From an uncultured Eubacterium sp. (GTDB taxonomy: Bacteria; Bacillota; Clostridia; Oscillospirales; Acutalibacteraceae), in assembly GCA_944385025.1 (NCBI GenBank), contig CALWVQ010000021.1:15243-79242 (forward strand): 64,000 nucleotides of DNA. The letters are read 5' to 3'. The notes under the pieces are model-generated. The model was not told where the DNA came from and searched no databases. It saw only the letters and a list, made by a program, of their open reading frames with translations. The number at the start of each line of letters is the position of its first letter. Within the stretch, counting starts at the first letter, position 1. The position numbers and the translations under genes were made by a program. Shown piece by piece: positions 9,575-19,374 of this stretch.

Positions 9575-11518
9575 ATGGGACTTACTTTAGCACAAAAACT
9601 TATTAAATCCCACCTTGTTGAAGGCGAAATGGTGGTTGGCACCGAAATCGGTCTTAAAATCGACCAAACTTTAACTCAAGACGCAACAGGCACTATGGCT
9701 TATCTTGAGTTTGAAGCAATGGGCGTTGACAGAGTAAAAACCGAAAAATCTGTGGCTTATATTGACCACAATACACTTCAGACCGGCTTTGAAAATGCAG
9801 ATGACCATCGTTATATCCAAAGTGTTACTAAAAAACACGGAATTTATTTCAGCCGTCCCGGTAACGGAATCTGCCACCAAGTTCATCTTGAAAGATTTGG
9901 CATTCCGGGAAAAACTTTAATCGGCTCTGACAGCCATACTCCCACAGGCGGCGGTATCGGTATGCTTGCTATGGGCGCAGGCGGACTTGACGTTGCAGTT
10001 GCAATGGGCGGAGGAACTTACTATATTCCTATGCCGAAAATGACAAGAATTAATCTTAAAGGTTACCTTAAGCCTTGGGTATCAGCCAAGGATGTTATTC
10101 TTGAAGTTCTCAGAATTATGAGCGTTAAAGGCGGCGTTGGCAAGATTATTGAATACGGCGGTGAAGGAGTTAAAACCCTTTCTGTTCCAGAAAGAGCTAC
10201 TATCACTAATATGGGCGCAGAGCTTGGCGCAACAACTTCTATCTTCCCATCTGACGAAATCACTCTTGCTTTTCTTAAAGCGCAGGGACGTGAAAATGAC
10301 TGGGTTGAAATTCTTCCCGACGAGGATGCAGTTTATGACGAGGTTATTGATATTGACCTTTGTTCACTTACTCCTATGGCTGCCTGCCCTCATATGCCTG
10401 ACCAGGTAAAAACTACTGATGAAATTGGAAAAATCAAGGTTGATCAGGTTGCTATCGGCTCCTGCACAAATTCTTCTTTCGTTGATATGATGAAAGTTGC
10501 GTCAATACTCAAGGGCAAAACTGTTGCTCCTTCCGTATCTCTTTGCATTGCACCCGGCTCAAAACAGGTACTTAATATGCTTGCTCTTAACGGTGCATTA
10601 TCAGATATGATTAATGCAGGTGCAAGAATTCTTGAATCCGCATGCGGACCTTGCATTGGTATGGGACAGGCTCCAAATTCAGCAGGCGTATCGCTTCGTA
10701 CATTTAACAGAAACTTTGAAGGACGTTCAGGCACAAAGGACGGTAAGATTTATCTTGTATCTCCTGAGGTAGCTGCCGCTTCTGCTCTGACCGGTTATCT
10801 CACCGACCCAAGAGATTTAGGTGAAGCTCCTAAAATCACAATGCCTGAAAAATTCATTGTAAACGACAATATGATTGAACCTCCTGCTTCACCAGAAGAG
10901 GCAGACAGTGTTGAGGTACTTCGCGGTCCAAACATTAAACCTTTCCCAAAGACAGAGCCTCTTCCGGAAAACATTACCGCAAAGGCTGTTCTCAAAGTCG
11001 GAGACAATATTACAACAGACCACATTATGCCGGCAGGAGCAAAGATTTTGCCTTACCGTTCAAATATTCCTCACCTTTCACAGTACTGCTTTGCAGTATG
11101 TGACGAGACATTCCCTGAAAGAATTAAGGCTGAGGGCAAGGGCTTTATTATCGGCGGTGCTAACTACGGTCAGGGTTCTTCAAGAGAACACGCTGCTCTT
11201 GTTCCGCTTTACCTTGGAGTTAAGGCAGTTATTACAAAGTCATTTGCAAGGATTCACGTTGCAAACCTTGTAAACGCTGGTATTCTTCCATTCACATTTA
11301 AGAACGAGGAAGATTATGACAAAATCGACCAAATGGATGAGCTTTCACTTGATAATATCAAGGACTGCATTGAAAATAACAAGCCTGTTGTTCTTAAAAA
11401 CCTTACTAAAAACGAAGAATATCAGCTTGACTCATCTCACCTGTCTGACAGACAAAGAGCAATGCTCGTTTGCGGTGGACTTTTAGACTACACAAGAGAA
11501 ATGAATAAAAATAACTAA
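9575..11518 (+). CDS. acn: Aconitate hydratase (short, about 650-aa clostridial type)
   Basis: 647 aa. Aconitase family motifs: DHNTLQ, GSDSHT, IGSCTNSS, CGPCIGMG, and the swivel-domain NYGQGSSREHAA. Confidence 0.88.
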   Translation: MGLTLAQKLIKSHLVEGEMVVGTEIGLKIDQTLTQDATGTMAYLEFEAMGVDRVKTEKSVAYIDHNTLQTGFENADDHRYIQSVTKKHGIYFSRPGNGICHQVHLERFGIPGKTLIGSDSHTPTGGGIGMLAMGAGGLDVAVAMGGGTYYIPMPKMTRINLKGYLKPWVSAKDVILEVLRIMSVKGGVGKIIEYGGEGVKTLSVPERATITNMGAELGATTSIFPSDEITLAFLKAQGRENDWVEILPDEDAVYDEVIDIDLCSLTPMAACPHMPDQVKTTDEIGKIKVDQVAIGSCTNSSFVDMMKVASILKGKTVAPSVSLCIAPGSKQVLNMLALNGALSDMINAGARILESACGPCIGMGQAPNSAGVSLRTFNRNFEGRSGTKDGKIYLVSPEVAAASALTGYLTDPRDLGEAPKITMPEKFIVNDNMIEPPASPEEADSVEVLRGPNIKPFPKTEPLPENITAKAVLKVGDNITTDHIMPAGAKILPYRSNIPHLSQYCFAVCDETFPERIKAEGKGFIIGGANYGQGSSREHAALVPLYLGVKAVITKSFARIHVANLVNAGILPFTFKNEEDYDKIDQMDELSLDNIKDCIENNKPVVLKNLTKNEEYQLDSSHLSDRQRAMLVCGGLLDYTREMNKNN

Positions 11519-11529
11519 GGAGAAAAATA

Positions 11530-12705
11530 ATGGCTGACGAAAAACAAATAATTGATGAAGCTGTTGAAAAATTCCGTGCACTTATGGAAGGACAGCTTGC
11601 AAGAGCAAAGAAAATCAAAGAAGATAAAGACTTTACCGACTATGACGCCCTTGACACTATTGTTATCGGTATCTGCGGAGGAGACGGAATTGGTCCTATC
11701 ATAACTAAAGAGAGCGAGAGAGTTCTTGCTTTTCTCCTTAAAGATGAAGTAGCAAGAGGTAAGGTTAAGTTTAAAGAAATTGACGGACTTACCATTGAAA
11801 ACCGCGCTGCCTGCAACAAGGCAATTCCTGATGACGTTCTTGAAGAATTAAAGAGCTGTCACGTAATTCTTAAAGGTCCTACAACTACTCCCCGTGCAGG
11901 CGATCCATGGCCAAACGTTGAGTCTGCAAATGTTGCAATGAGAAAAGAACTTGACCTCTTTGCAAATATGCGACCTGTTAAAGTTCCTGAAGAAGGCATT
12001 GACTGGACATTCTTCCGTGAAAATACAGAAGGCGGATATGCAGTTGGTTCTCACGGTGTAAATATTACTGACGATCTTGCTGTTGACTTTACTGTTGCAA
12101 CACAGGAAGGTTGTGAAAGAATCGCAAGACTTGCATATGAATACGCAAGAAAGAATAACAAAAGCAAGGTTTCAATTATCACAAAAGCTAATATCATTAA
12201 GACAACTGACGGCAAATTCCTTAAAACAGCCCAGAAAATCGGCGAGGAATACCCTGAAATCGTCACAGATGACTGGTATGTTGATATTACAACTGCAAAA
12301 CTCATTGACCCCATGAGAAGAAAAGATTTTAAGGTATTTGTACTTCCTAATCTTTACGGTGATATTATTACCGATGAAGCCGCTGAATTTCAGGGCGGCG
12401 TCGGAACTGCAGGCTCTGCAAACATTGGTAAGAAATATGCTATGTTTGAGGCTATTCACGGCTCGGCACCAAGAATGATAAAGGAAGGCAGAGGTCAGTA
12501 TGCTGACCCTTGCTCTATGCTTCGTGCATCTGTAATGCTTCTTTCTCACATAGGTTATCAAAAAGAGGCAAACGCTCTTGAAGCTGCTCTTGACAAGTGT
12601 ATGTTTGAAGAGAAAAAGCTTACAATTACAGGCAGAGATAACGGATGCACCTGCAGTGAGTTTGGTGATTATGTAATGGAAACTATCACCGAAATGTCAA
12701 AATAA
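11530..12705 (+). CDS. icd: Isocitrate dehydrogenase (isocitrate/isopropylmalate dehydrogenase family)
   Basis: 391 aa. GDGIGPII, NLYGDIITDEAAEFQGGVGTAGSANIG, EAIHGSAP. It starts 11 nt after acn and has its own RBS. Confidence 0.8.
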   Translation: MADEKQIIDEAVEKFRALMEGQLARAKKIKEDKDFTDYDALDTIVIGICGGDGIGPIITKESERVLAFLLKDEVARGKVKFKEIDGLTIENRAACNKAIPDDVLEELKSCHVILKGPTTTPRAGDPWPNVESANVAMRKELDLFANMRPVKVPEEGIDWTFFRENTEGGYAVGSHGVNITDDLAVDFTVATQEGCERIARLAYEYARKNNKSKVSIITKANIIKTTDGKFLKTAQKIGEEYPEIVTDDWYVDITTAKLIDPMRRKDFKVFVLPNLYGDIITDEAAEFQGGVGTAGSANIGKKYAMFEAIHGSAPRMIKEGRGQYADPCSMLRASVMLLSHIGYQKEANALEAALDKCMFEEKKLTITGRDNGCTCSEFGDYVMETITEMSK

Positions 12706-12724
12706 TTTGAAAGAGGAAAATGAA

Positions 12725-13375
12725 ATGGCTGCAAAGGAAGATATTTCAATATCCGTAATTAAAAGACTTCCCAGATACTACCGCTTTCTTCAATCTTTAA
12801 AGGAGAACGGCATTGTTCGCATAAGTTCAAAGGAACTTGCGGCAAGAATGGGCCTTACCGCATCACAGATAAGACACGATTTTAACTGTTTCGGCGGTTT
12901 CGGACAACAGGGATACGGTTATAATGTTCCTGAGCTTCACAGTAAAATCGGTGAAATTCTCGGTGTAAATAAAGAAATCAAAACTATTTTAATAGGTGCA
13001 GGTAATCTCGGCAAAGCTGTTACCAACAAGATTTTTTCTAAAAAAACAGGTTTCAAACTTATCGGAATTTTTGATAAGAACGAAGCGCTTTGCGGTAATA
13101 TGATAAAAGGTATTCCTATCAGAAATATCAATTATCTTGAGAATTTCTGCATTGACAACGAGCCTGTTTGCGCCGTTACCTGTATTCCATCAAACGATAT
13201 GAGCGAAATTACAGATTTGCTTGTAAAAGTTGGTATCAAAAGCTTTTTGAATTTTTCTAACTTTGATATTGCAATGGCTCATCCGGGTGTACTTGTTGAA
13301 AACGTACACCTTACTGACAGTCTGCTTACCCTTGGTTATCTCACCAACTCAACTTTGAATGTCGAGGAGGAATAA
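12725..13375 (+). CDS. rex: Redox-sensing transcriptional repressor Rex
   Basis: The start is taken at ATG 12725 (AAGAGGAA RBS); the track begins at a TTG at 12707. N-terminal wHTH VIKRLPRYYRFL...ISSKELA and a Rossmann motif ILIGAGNLG. Confidence 0.9.
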   Translation: MAAKEDISISVIKRLPRYYRFLQSLKENGIVRISSKELAARMGLTASQIRHDFNCFGGFGQQGYGYNVPELHSKIGEILGVNKEIKTILIGAGNLGKAVTNKIFSKKTGFKLIGIFDKNEALCGNMIKGIPIRNINYLENFCIDNEPVCAVTCIPSNDMSEITDLLVKVGIKSFLNFSNFDIAMAHPGVLVENVHLTDSLLTLGYLTNSTLNVEEE

Positions 13376-13378
13376 GTC

Positions 13379-14065
13379 TTGGAATTCATTACAAACAAAG
13401 AGATAATCGACGTTGTAAGATATAGCGACACATCTGCTATTATTGTTGAAAAGCTCCCCCTCCCCAATCCAAATCAGTACAAAGTTCAATATTCTCTTGT
13501 GGATTTTGAAAAAAAGAATATTGAGGTACTTACAAAGGGCGCTTATCTTTTAAAAAAGTTTGGTGCTAATTTTAAGCGCATAAGCGAGATAATTCCAAAC
13601 TTTGTTCAATGCGAAGCAGCGGTAATTTATGACAGACGTGTTATTGCTATTTACCCCAACGGCGAAGCAGGAATATTTGACCGAGACGGCGAACTTGACT
13701 GGAGCGGTTCTTTTGACTACCACGAAAGACCCATAAAGTGTCTTGCTTTGGAGGGGAAATACTTTTGGAGCATCTGTCCCCAGGAAAATTGCGTAATTAG
13801 GTATTCCTGTCAGAATATGGGTGTTGATTTGAGAATCGGAGGTATTGACTCCCCTACTTTTATTAATCCGACACATATTTGTTTTGACGGCGGCGACCTT
13901 TACGTTTGCTGTGACAATAATAAAGTCAGAAAAATTGACGGCAGTAACTATACCGTTTCCGACTACATAAACTTTTCTAATTCTGTAAAAAGGTTTTACA
14001 AATACGGAAATTACGCAATTGCGGTTTTAAACGACGGCACCTATGTTATGGAAGATAATCAGTAA
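13379..14065 (+). CDS. Hypothetical Cys-rich protein with NHL/beta-propeller-like repeats, translationally coupled to rex
   Basis: 228 aa. TTG start 3 nt after the rex stop, with GAGGAGG about 8 nt upstream. Repeat-like strands GKYFWSICPQENCVIRY and GGDLYVCCDNNKVRKIDG. No family recognised. Confidence 0.6.
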   Translation: MEFITNKEIIDVVRYSDTSAIIVEKLPLPNPNQYKVQYSLVDFEKKNIEVLTKGAYLLKKFGANFKRISEIIPNFVQCEAAVIYDRRVIAIYPNGEAGIFDRDGELDWSGSFDYHERPIKCLALEGKYFWSICPQENCVIRYSCQNMGVDLRIGGIDSPTFINPTHICFDGGDLYVCCDNNKVRKIDGSNYTVSDYINFSNSVKRFYKYGNYAIAVLNDGTYVMEDNQ

Positions 14066-14073
14066 ATAAAAAA

Positions 14074-14107
14074 ATAAGGACTTGTTTTTAACAAGTCCTT
14101 ATTTTTT
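14074..14107. terminator. Bidirectional rho-independent terminator
   Basis: 13-bp stem ataaggacttgtt/aacaagtccttat with a ttt loop, A-run upstream and T-run downstream. It lies between convergent genes. Confidence 0.75.
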
Positions 14108-15188
14108 ATGCTTTGTTTAATTTTTTTCTCGGCGTTGAAATGAATTTCCACAGCGGATCTACCAACTTGTCGAATACATATGCCAAAGCTACTGTAACAA
14201 TCAGGCAAAGTATAAAGTAGATATAAATATTTTTATCTGCCAATCCCAACTCTTTGAATACAATCATCGGTATTCTTTGAAAAATGAACACGCTGAAAAG
14301 ATGCTGCCCAAACCAATGAAGAATTTTATTGTAAATAGATACTTTCATTGTGAGCAAAAGAGTACCGAAAGCAAAAGTAATCATACAAATCTCATATATG
14401 TAAAATCTGTCAGATTTGTCCCAAAGAGCTATTGTCAATATCCAGCAAGCAGAGAAAGCAATTGACCAAATTGTATCATTTTTAGTAAACAATTTATCAA
14501 ACTTATCTTTAAAAATTGACAGGTAAACACCGATAACATAACAAATAACCGTATTGTAAAACCTTGACGGTCTAAGCTCATAAAAATGGAACAGACAAAT
14601 ATACGCTGCAACCAAAACGGTAAGCACTATTGCAGAAGGAATATAGTTTGCTTTATCTCTGAAAAGTTCAAAAGAAATAAATGTTAAAATATAGCATACT
14701 GCAATAGCAAAAATATACCAGTTGCTGTTTCCGACAGAATCCCATGCAGTAAATGCGAGTAAAATTTTCTTAATGCTGTATGTCATTTCAAAACCATCAA
14801 GACAAAAATGCATAATAAGAAAGACAATAACGGCGATAATGAATTTAAAATAGGTTCCGATTACTCTTGTTTTTGGAATATTGTGAACATAAGTCATCTT
14901 CTTTTTCTTTATTGACTCCATAACGCCGTAACCGGAATAAAGCATAAAGAGTGTTACCATTCTCTGCCCGATTTCTTTAAAGCCGTCATAATATAACAAG
15001 TCTAAGTCTGAAGTATAATCAACATAAGAATTGAAGTGGGAAAAGAACACCATTAATATAAAAATGCCCTTGATTGCCGTGGTCTTGTCCACAGACATAT
15101 AATCCGTCATATAAAGCTTATCCCCGTCAGGTTTAAGTTTTATATTCCATAAACACAGCAAAGCAAATAAACCAATAAATATAAACAT
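14106..15188 (-). CDS. Acyltransferase family 3 (OatA-like) integral membrane protein
   Basis: 360 aa, about 10 TM segments. N-terminal TTAIKGIFILMVFFSHF is typical of acyltransferase_3. Confidence 0.7.
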   Translation of the reverse strand: MFIFIGLFALLCLWNIKLKPDGDKLYMTDYMSVDKTTAIKGIFILMVFFSHFNSYVDYTSDLDLLYYDGFKEIGQRMVTLFMLYSGYGVMESIKKKKMTYVHNIPKTRVIGTYFKFIIAVIVFLIMHFCLDGFEMTYSIKKILLAFTAWDSVGNSNWYIFAIAVCYILTFISFELFRDKANYIPSAIVLTVLVAAYICLFHFYELRPSRFYNTVICYVIGVYLSIFKDKFDKLFTKNDTIWSIAFSACWILTIALWDKSDRFYIYEICMITFAFGTLLLTMKVSIYNKILHWFGQHLFSVFIFQRIPMIVFKELGLADKNIYIYFILCLIVTVALAYVFDKLVDPLWKFISTPRKKLNKA

Positions 15189-15237
15189 ATAATCACCTCT
15201 TACAACTTGTTAATTATACCATATATAAAACCTTATA

Positions 15238-15275
15238 TCAATAAAAATAAGACAGGATTTTGAGTCCTGTCTTAT
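15238..15275 (-). terminator. Rho-independent terminator after uppP
   Basis: Stem ataagacagga/tcctgtcttat (15247-15275), followed on the minus strand by a U-rich run. Confidence 0.65.
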
Positions 15276-15284
15276 TTGATAAAA

Positions 15285-16118
15285 TTATTTTGCAAAAGCT
15301 AAAAAATAAACTAAAACGATTATGCCTAAAACAATTCTGTACCAACCGAAAACTTTAAAGTCGTGCTTTTTAATGAAGCTCATAAGCCATTTGATACAAA
15401 GAAGTGAAACTACAAAAGCAACTACCATTCCCAGAACAAGCGCAAAAATCTCTTCGCCTGTAAAATTAAGACCGAATTTAAACAGTTTTAACGCACTGGC
15501 ACCTACCATTGTAGGAACAGCAAGGAAAAAAGTAAATTCAGCAGCGGCTGTTCTTGAAACGCCGATAAGCAATGCGCCTACTATTGTTGCACCCGAACGA
15601 GAAGTTCCCGGTATCATTGAAAGCACTTGAAAAAGTCCGATAATAAACGCTGTCTGATAACTTATTTCATTTAGTGTTGCAACTTTTGGAGTTCTTTTTT
15701 TATTCCAGTTTTCAATAAGAATAAACGCAACACCGTAAAGAATAAGCATAATGGCAATAGTAACAGCGTTTCCGAAATATTTTTCAAGCAAATCGTCAAA
15801 AAGAAGACCTAACACTGCTGACGGAATGCAGGCAACAACAACCTTAAGCCACATATTAATTGTGTCCATTTTAACTTTAGGCTGTGATTTGTCTTTAAAC
15901 TGAAACGGCCACATTTTATTCCAAAACATAACCACAACAGCAATGATTGCGCCAAGCTGAATAACAACGAAAAACATTTCTTTAAAGTTTTCGCTGAAAT
16001 TAAGCGAAACAAATTCATCAACCAACAACATATGACCTGTACTGCTTATTGGCAGCCATTCTGTTATGCCTTCTACAATTCCGAGAAAAATTAATTTGAT
16101 TATTTCAATTATATTCAT
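15285..16118 (-). CDS. uppP: Undecaprenyl-diphosphate phosphatase
   Basis: The start is taken at ATG 16118 (GAGGAG RBS). Both canonical motifs are present: [17 protein letters not shown] and [10 protein letters not shown]. Confidence 0.92.
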   Translation of the reverse strand: MNIIEIIKLIFLGIVEGITEWLPISSTGHMLLVDEFVSLNFSENFKEMFFVVIQLGAIIAVVVMFWNKMWPFQFKDKSQPKVKMDTINMWLKVVVACIPSAVLGLLFDDLLEKYFGNAVTIAIMLILYGVAFILIENWNKKRTPKVATLNEISYQTAFIIGLFQVLSMIPGTSRSGATIVGALLIGVSRTAAAEFTFFLAVPTMVGASALKLFKFGLNFTGEEIFALVLGMVVAFVVSLLCIKWLMSFIKKHDFKVFGWYRIVLGIIVLVYFLAFAK

Positions 16119-16200
16119 ATAACTACTCCTCAAGAAAATATATGCAATAATTACACAGCATATTAATTATACGTTATATATGACAGCAATGCAATTAAAA

Positions 16201-16235
16201 AATTTTAAAATTTAAGCCCGCATATAGCGGGCTTA
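16201..16235 (-). terminator. Rho-independent terminator after the carboxyltransferase operon
   Basis: GC-rich stem taagcccgc/gcgggctta (16213-16235), followed on the minus strand by an A/U-rich tract. Confidence 0.6.
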
Positions 16236-16251
16236 TTATAGTTATAATGAA

Positions 16252-17649
16252 TTAAACAGGATGAACCTTTGTTTCTATATTGTCGTGCTTACCGTCAAGG
16301 CCGTATTTTTTATCACGGCGCTTTTCAAAGAACTTAACGGCAACCTGACCGAATTGAGCGTAAGAAAGAACGTCTTCCTCCTGCTCGTAAAACTCTTTAA
16401 TTTCATCCTTAAAGCTGTCAATAGTGTCTGTGATGAGATCAGCAGGACGGCAGTCGATAATTTCGTCGTCACCAACTATCTTCTTTCTGAATTCAGGGTC
16501 AATCTCGCAAGGTGTTTTACCATATTTGCCTGCAACCATATCCTTGAACTCTTTAGTTACCATCTTGTATCTCTCACCCATAATTACATTGAATACAGAC
16601 TGTGTACCTACAATCTGTGAAGTAGGAGTTACAAGAGGCGGATAACCGGAATCTTTACGTACTCTCGGAACCTCATTAAGAACTTCTTCAAGTTTGTCTG
16701 CCTTGCCGGCCTGTTTAAGCTGTGAAACAAGGTTTGAAAGCATACCGCCGGGTACCTGATACAAAAGAGTATTAGCATCAACGCCAAGCATTTTAGGGTC
16801 AAGAAGTCCGCTTTCAAGATATTTCTCACGAAGAGGAGTAAAGAAATCACGAATTTCTGTTAATGCTTTAATATCAAGTCCTGTATCATATTCAGTACCC
16901 TTAAATGCGGCAACCATAGATTCAGTTGCAGGGTGAGAAGTACCCATAGCAAGCGGGCTGATAGCTGTATCAATAACGTCAACGCCAGCTTCTACACCTT
17001 TAAGGTGAACCATTGAAGCAAGACCTGATGTATAATGTGAGTGAAGCTGAATAGGAACTTTAACAGTTTCTTTCAATGCTTTTACAAGGTCGTATGTTCC
17101 GTAAGGAGTAAGAAGGCCTGCCATATCCTTAATACAGATTGAATCAGCACCTGCCTCTTCAAGCTGACGGGCATAGTTGCAGTAATACTCAATATCAAAA
17201 ACAGGACCTGTTGTATAAGAAATTGCAGCCTGTACGTGACCGCCGTATTTTTTAGCGGCGGTAATAGCAGTCTGAAGATTGCGCACGTCGTTGAGTGCGT
17301 CAAAAATTCTCAAAATATCAATACCGTTATCAATACTTTTCTTTACAAAATAATCAACAATTTCATCGCTGTAATGGCGGTAGCCAAGCATATTCTGACC
17401 GCGGAAAAGCATTTGAAGTTTAGTATTTGGACATTTTTCACGAATGAGACGAAGTCTCTCCCAAGGGTCTTCGTCAAGGAAACGCAGACAGGAGTCAAAA
17501 GTAGCGCCGCCCCAGCACTCAAGAGAATGGTAACCGATTTTATCCATTTTCTCAAGGATACCTGAAAACTCCTCGGTAGTCATACGAGTTGCAATCAAAG
17601 ACTGATGGGCATCTCGCAGGACTGTTTCAGTAATACCAATTTTTGCCAT
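16252..17649 (-). CDS. Oxaloacetate decarboxylase alpha / transcarboxylase 5S-type carboxyltransferase subunit (no biotinyl domain)
   Basis: 465 aa. The N-terminus ITETVLRDAHQSLIATRMTTEE and ECWGGATFD are typical of the PYC_OADA/HMGL-like fold. There is no C-terminal biotinyl domain. Confidence 0.85.
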   Translation of the reverse strand: MAKIGITETVLRDAHQSLIATRMTTEEFSGILEKMDKIGYHSLECWGGATFDSCLRFLDEDPWERLRLIREKCPNTKLQMLFRGQNMLGYRHYSDEIVDYFVKKSIDNGIDILRIFDALNDVRNLQTAITAAKKYGGHVQAAISYTTGPVFDIEYYCNYARQLEEAGADSICIKDMAGLLTPYGTYDLVKALKETVKVPIQLHSHYTSGLASMVHLKGVEAGVDVIDTAISPLAMGTSHPATESMVAAFKGTEYDTGLDIKALTEIRDFFTPLREKYLESGLLDPKMLGVDANTLLYQVPGGMLSNLVSQLKQAGKADKLEEVLNEVPRVRKDSGYPPLVTPTSQIVGTQSVFNVIMGERYKMVTKEFKDMVAGKYGKTPCEIDPEFRKKIVGDDEIIDCRPADLITDTIDSFKDEIKEFYEQEEDVLSYAQFGQVAVKFFEKRRDKKYGLDGKHDNIETKVHPV

Positions 17650-17661
17650 TTAAGACACCCC

Positions 17662-18051
17662 TTAGTTTAAAGTAATAATAGCCTGACCAGCCTCTACGCT
17701 GTCGCCTTTGTTGACAGCCACAGAAGCAACTGTTCCGTCCTGAGGAGCAACGATTTCATTTTCCATTTTCATTGCCTCAAGAATGCAGAGAACCTGTCCG
17801 CTTGTAACAGATGAGCCTACTGCTGCCTTAACATCAAGAATTGTTCCCGGCATAGGAGCTTCAACCTTAACGCTGCCTTCTGTACCGCCTGCTGTTGCAG
17901 GAGCAGGTGCCGGAGCAGGTGCGGGAGCTGCTGCAGGAGCAGGTGTTGGCGCTGCTGCAGGAGCAGGTGCAGCCTGAACAGGAGCTGCTGCTCCCTCTTC
18001 AACTGTTACATTGTATGGTGTACCGTTTACTGTAATTGTATAGTTTTTCAT
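17662..18051 (-). CDS. Biotin carboxyl carrier protein (1.3S-type biotinyl subunit)
   Basis: 129 aa. Ala/Pro-rich linker and a biotinylation motif [10 protein letters not shown]. Confidence 0.9.
   Translation of the reverse strand: MKNYTITVNGTPYNVTVEEGAAAPVQAAPAPAAAPTPAPAAAPAPAPAPAPATAGGTEGSVKVEAPMPGTILDVKAAVGSSVTSGQVLCILEAMKMENEIVAPQDGTVASVAVNKGDSVEAGQAIITLN
17891..17974. repeat. Imperfect 24-nt (12-nt sub-unit) tandem repeat encoding the Ala-Pro linker of the BCCP
   Basis: gctgttgcaggagcaggtgccgga / gcaggtgcggga / gctgctgcaggagcaggtgttggc / gctgctgcaggagcaggtgcagcc. It is in frame and codes (AP)n on the minus strand. Confidence 0.7.
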
Positions 18052-18066
18052 ATTATTAATCCTCCA

Positions 18067-19374
18067 TTATTTTACTGAATGTTTCCTTGGTAATGTGTTT
18101 TCTCTCTTGCCAGCAAGCATATCAAGCATAGCAATAAGCTTGTCCCTTGTTTCTTCAGGTGTGCATACATCGTCAACTGCACCACAGGCAGCGGCTGTAA
18201 ACGGAGAAGCCACTGTTTCAGTATACTCTTTTTTAAGAGCTTCTCTGTCCTCTCCTTTTGCAAGACGGTCATTAAACAAAAATGCTACTGCAGCATCTGC
18301 ATCAAGTGGAGACGCAATACTTGTATCCCAAGCAAGAGTCATATCTGCGTTAGCGCCTTTGCCTGCAAGAATTATATATGCACTGCCTATTGCGTTACCT
18401 GTAATTACCGAAATTTTAGGACAGGTGGCTGTTGCATAAGCAGTTGTAAGCTTTGTAAGCGCCACTAAATTCTGATTATCCTTACCCTTTGAAACGCCGT
18501 CAGCGTTTACAAGAGTAACAACAGGAATTGAATAAGCGTCGCAAAGCTTAATCAAATATTCTGCCTTATAAGAACAGCTTGGGCAAAGAGATTTGCCATC
18601 AAATCCTACGAAGCCTACCGTTGTGCCCATTACTGACGCAAGAGCTATTTTACAGTTTTCACTTGCGTAATCTTTTTTAAGTTCAACAACTGAATTATTG
18701 TCGGCAACTGCATTGATAATAGTAAGAGCATCAGTATTTTCAGCTGCAGCAGCCTGCGGTGCTGAAAAATCAAATATAGGAGCAGGAGTAAGATTGTTAG
18801 CCGGAAGAAGAGAAACAATATCCTTTACTGCTTCAACTGCGCCGTTAAAGTCGTCGCAAAGAACGTCAACTGTTCCCTCTTTTGCTGACTGCTCTGCTGT
18901 AACGTCGCTTGGAGCTGAAACGTAAAACTCAGCGTCCTTTACAGCTACAACTACGTCCGCCATATTGGCGATCAGCGCAGATGTGCCAAGACAAGCGCCT
19001 GCAATAACTGAAATTTGAGGACAAACACCGCTCATTGAAGTAGATGCCTTAACAAGCTCGCCGTAAGCATTAAGCACCTCAAATCCCTCGTCAATTTTAA
19101 CGCCGTTAGAATCGTAGATACCAATTACGGGACAACCTGTTTTAACAGCTAAATCATAAACCTTTTTGATTTTAGCACAGTGCGCAACACTAACCGCACC
19201 GTCACAAACTGAAAGGTCCTGTGAAAATGCATAAACAGGACAATCATTAACTGTTCCAAAGCCTGCCACAACTTCCACATCACCACCGGCTGATTTGGCA
19301 TAAGCATCAATCTGTGTAAATGTGCCGTCATCAAACAGAGTTTCAAGCCTTGAAACTGCTTTTAATTCACTCAC
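18067..19374 (-). CDS. Acyl-CoA carboxyltransferase domain protein (12S / methylmalonyl-CoA decarboxylase alpha-like, short form)
   Basis: 435 aa. GTG start with GGAGG 8 nt upstream. Carboxyl_transferase features: RLETLFDDGTF, FSQD...GAVS, and two crotonase-like halves. Confidence 0.75.
   Translation of the reverse strand: MSELKAVSRLETLFDDGTFTQIDAYAKSAGGDVEVVAGFGTVNDCPVYAFSQDLSVCDGAVSVAHCAKIKKVYDLAVKTGCPVIGIYDSNGVKIDEGFEVLNAYGELVKASTSMSGVCPQISVIAGACLGTSALIANMADVVVAVKDAEFYVSAPSDVTAEQSAKEGTVDVLCDDFNGAVEAVKDIVSLLPANNLTPAPIFDFSAPQAAAAENTDALTIINAVADNNSVVELKKDYASENCKIALASVMGTTVGFVGFDGKSLCPSCSYKAEYLIKLCDAYSIPVVTLVNADGVSKGKDNQNLVALTKLTTAYATATCPKISVITGNAIGSAYIILAGKGANADMTLAWDTSIASPLDADAAVAFLFNDRLAKGEDREALKKEYTETVASPFTAAACGAVDDVCTPEETRDKLIAMLDMLAGKRENTLPRKHSVK

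Noticed and set aside
17880-17990. GC-rich repetitive tract, considered as a possible CRISPR-like or minisatellite element.
   Set aside because: It is in frame inside the BCCP gene and simply encodes the Ala/Pro hinge. There are no spacer-like unique segments.
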